64,000 nucleotides of DNA from Piedraia hortae CBS 480.64. Its lineage: Eukaryota. Every line of letters starts with the position of its first letter. The stretch's first letter is position 1. Positions 60,649 through 64,000 of this stretch are shown here, piece after piece. Location: contig MU006004.1 in NCBI GenBank assembly GCA_010093745.1, positions 1 through 64,000 on the forward strand. The letters run 5' to 3'. The position numbers and the translations under genes were made by a program. Under the pieces are notes generated by a model, which was given only the letters and a program-made list of their open reading frames with translations, was not told the origin of the DNA and did no database searches.

Positions 60649-60954
60649 TGTCGGAGGGGTGAACCTCCGAGGACTAGAGCGGAGTGGATGTCAACGACGA
60701 AAGTTTTCACTCAACTTTTACTGAAAAAGGTGAAAATGTAATTGTCTCTCTCTATGAGGTGAGGTTCGAAACCTCCCCCACACTACCTCAGTCTAACCGC
60801 ATTTGCCAGGACAACGTCAGCGAACCACGCCCTTAAGCATGAACGAGACAATGACCCGTCTCAGGGAAAACTTCCTCTATAGAGGTAAAAACCCTGAGAA
60901 GTTTCGACTTCTATCTATGGTTCTAATCATGGTGGGTGCTACATCCTTTTGACA
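60649..60954 (+). mobile_element. Solo LTR, family 1 (copy E), TSD ATTCG
   Basis: TGTC...GACA, 306 bp; ATTCG at 60644-60648 and 60955-60959. Confidence 0.95.
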
Positions 60955-61968
60955 ATTCGTTTCCGCCAAAATTCGCTGCATTGTCGGGGAGCTTTGGCAA
61001 AATCCATGAGTACGCCAAAGGCGTTGAAAACCCTCTCAGCATAGTCTTCTGGGAATAGTCCCATCTCATGATACATCGCAGAAATTCCAAACCAAAGCAA
61101 GTATTTTGACCCTTGCATTTGCAAATTCCCAATTCGCTGTCTTAGAGCCGTTGATGACTGAGATATATTTCCCATTGATCGACATAAATTCCATGGGGGC
61201 TTCTGGTGAGAAATATGATGTAAAGGGCTCATAGCCGTTGGGAATATGAGGTATCCATCCCGAATAACCCACCCTCCATCAAATTCAAAAGATGCTGATG
61301 TCAACTTTGATAATGGCCAACATGACAGCAGTGTTCTGTCAGATATACTTCCCGTCACGGAAGAAACCCTCTCAGCGTTCAGATTCGTAAGCTGCTGATG
61401 TCCACCCTGATCATAGCAGCAGTACTCTGCTTCAGATGCCTTTCGGTAAGACACGGACTTATGACCTGTTCGAAGTCATTTCCGAGGGCATTGATTCAGC
61501 ATGCGGTCATCCAGGCATTTATCCACCTTCATGTTCATACTCGTAAGCTTAAATATCAACTTTGATCTTGGAGACATGGCGTCTTCATGACAATCTCCTA
61601 GCCATTCCCCAGTTTGGGCCATGAGTTGCATTCGTCATCTTCCTACGTAATGTCTGCTATCAACTTCATTTGTGTATTTATCACACCAAGGCAAGGATGC
61701 CCATCGAGACTGGAGAGAAGACGTCTCAAGAGTCATCTTCGGTACCGCAAGGGATGGAGGGGGATGGAGCGAGTGGTCAGGCTGCAGGGATGCAAACCCC
61801 TTGCGTGCCCTAGATCGGAACAGTAGCTACCATTCTACTTCCGTAGTGATTCCACCAAGTTTTAATACAATGTCATCGCACAGCACGTCAAGTGGCACAC
61901 AACATGGAAAAAAGATAGAGAATTAGCAAGACAAGCCAACCGAACACCCGCCCCAGAACTCTTCCCGT

Positions 61969-63566
61969 TTAGGCGCCGACCTCCATTTCAGTAGGGCCAC
62001 TGACAGACTCCACAACAGTTTTAGTCACACCGTCTTCGTTGCCGGTAGCTTTTTCGTCAAATTTGATGGTAGATTCCTCCACAGCTTCAGTAACAGCGGC
62101 ATCAGTACCATTGACTGCCTCGTCGGCGCCGGCTTCGGCATCGTCGTCCTGGGTGACCGGCTTGTCCTTGGCGTCTTCAACCGGCGTGGCGGCGTCGTTG
62201 TCAACCTTGCTGGCTTCTCCCCCTTCAGTCTCCATGCGCTTGTTCCAGATTCCGAGCAAGTTGGCAGAGCGCTTCTTGAACTGGAACTCTTCATCGCGCG
62301 GGATGGAGGCCAGCTTGACGACGGCCTTGAGAACCTTGTGAATTTTAGTATTGCGAATGATCTCGGGTTCCATGTTCTGGTGATTCTCCAGCTGGGTAAA
62401 GTAGTCAGCCATGGTGGGCATCTCGTTCTCCTGAGGCGCCTGGTCACGGGACAGGAATCCCTTTTGCAGGCGATGGCGGATGTAGAGAATGGCCTTATAC
62501 CTTGCGGCCTGACGTTCTTCTTCCGTCATGGCGGGCTTCGCATCTTCGGCTGTCTGGTCTGGAGCAGTCACAACTTTCTTAGGTTTGGACGTCGACTTTT
62601 TGGCCGATGTGGTGCCCGGCGCCTTGGGGGCGTTGAGCTTGGTGATTTTGGGCGTCTTCTTAGGCTGAGCAGAAGTTAGCAATGCAATTTATAGCATGTC
62701 CAAGACAAACCTTTTCCTCGTCACTGTCCTCCTTCTTGCGCTTCTTGGAGGATGACTTGGGCTCGCTCTTGTCAGGGGCTTTGCCCTTTGGCGTCTTCTT
62801 GTTAGCCTCAGCCTTGGCAGCCTCCTTGGCCTGCTCCTGCTTTTCTTTCTGCCAAATGGCAAGCACTTCTTTGAAGTAGGCAAGATCGTGCTGTTCTGCG
62901 GCAAGCTCCCAAGCAGCCTGAAGAGACTTGCTGGCCTTGCCCTTTGGCTTGTCACGGCATTCTTCTGGATCAAGCGGCGTCAAGTTGGGGTTGCTAACCC
63001 AGGCACTAGGCGGTCAGCGTTGCAGACAATGAGCAGATGGCTACGTACAATTCGTTAGTGTGCAGAAACATGACGGGAAAGGTGCGTTCCTTGGCGTTTT
63101 TGCCGCCTTCCTTGAAATCATCACGGATGGTGCCGTCGGGACGGGCGGCGGTGACGGGACGCGAGGCCAGCAGGCTCTCGGGAAGCATCTCCTCATCACA
63201 GATGATGGCAGGCCATGGCGGGTATCCCTTGAGACGGGCCCAAAAGTAGTCGCCGGGCGAACAGTCAAGATGGAGCTGCAGCGTCGCGGTGGATTTCTTG
63301 CGGTTCAGCTTCTTGTTCTTGTGCTCAGGGACGCCACCGGTGGAGCGACGCTTCTTGAGACCAGCATCGGCCGTCTGTGGCTCCTCGGCGGAGCTCTGTG
63401 TGGTGGCGACCTTGTCGGGTTCGGCAGCGTCAACCGCGGGGACCGAAAGCTCCATGGAATTAGCCGCGACATCGACACTCGTCTTGGGAGGCGAAGACAC
63501 GGACGCATCAGTCATGGTGACGTCGGCAGCGGCCTCCTGAGCTGGGGCTGACGGATCGTCAGACAT
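61969..63566 (-). CDS. PWWP-domain chromatin protein (Pdp3-like)
   Basis: WARLKGYPPWPAIIC, FPVMFLHTNEF(A)W, YIRHRLQKGFL, TKIHKVLKAVVKL. Introns 63048-63006 and 62710-62665. Confidence 0.9.
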
Positions 63567-64000
63567 GGTGCTGTGAATGACGCGTAAAGGATGCCCTGTG
63601 GCGTGGCAAGAGGACGCGGTGACGCGTGTTGCAGTGGAGCGTGGTGTGGACAAGCTTGAGCAGTGTGTTATCACCCTGGCGGACTGGCGACCGGAAGCTC
63701 TCACGCTCAATGTTGTGTGGGTGGGAGAAAAGGCGCGACGAAGCAAGCGGGATTTCCCTCTGACGCTCGGACCATCTGCAAGTCACGGGTCTCCACCGTG
63801 GGAATTCGCTTGGTATTCGGTACAGCAATTGTCTTTTTGGCGTCGTCTGCGTGGTAAGCCCTTCCTTAGTAACGTTGTGGCTGCGAGTAGAGGCCTTTTT
63901 TGCGTGGCTCTTGCTGGAGTTGTGGTATCTTGCAGCTGATTTGAGTTTTGCTGTCCGCCAGTCTCAGTTGCTTCTGCTAGTTTTTTCAGCTGGTGATGAC

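Noticed and set aside
59113..61454. Minus-strand ORF fragments around LTR copy E as a named gene
   Set aside because: Probably a decayed gene, but removing the LTR gives no long frame and no motif was recognised.
44600..61900. Starship-type giant element explaining the 17-kb island
   Set aside because: No recognisable tyrosine-recombinase captain ORF at either edge and no terminal direct repeat found; the content is nested relics.

Overview
Eukaryotic (fungal, Pezizomycotina-type) genomic DNA with very short introns (mostly 43-50 nt) and one 150-N assembly gap. Three conserved gene blocks are present. At 4.3-11.55 kb: PTC7-like PP2C, KRE33/NAT10 and a GT90/CAP10-like glycosyltransferase. At 25.8-44.1 kb: a Gly/Thr-rich dehydrin-like protein, a Sel1-repeat DSF2/Nif1-like protein, ORC3, a Ctr copper transporter, a MATE-like membrane protein, a hypothetical protein, a SulP sulfate permease, BUB2 and a GPI-type wall protein. 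At 62-63.6 kb: a PWWP protein. These blocks alternate with transposon/pseudogene islands (0-4.2, 11.6-25.7 and 44.1-61.9 kb). The islands hold a ~306-bp solo-LTR family (5 near-intact copies, 4 with perfect 5-bp TSDs, plus 3 eroded copies), a second ~375-bp LTR family carrying twin hairpins with compensatory changes, two Ty3/gypsy relics, a pogo/Fot1 relic, a CACTA/Plavaka-like transposase relic next to an ~18-bp-period AGTGGCTAA array, and several decaying host-gene paralogs. No complete novel multi-gene system could be supported. The best leads are structured LTR elements and a possible repeat-derived first exon of PTC7. All calls are from manual reading; no database searches were run.
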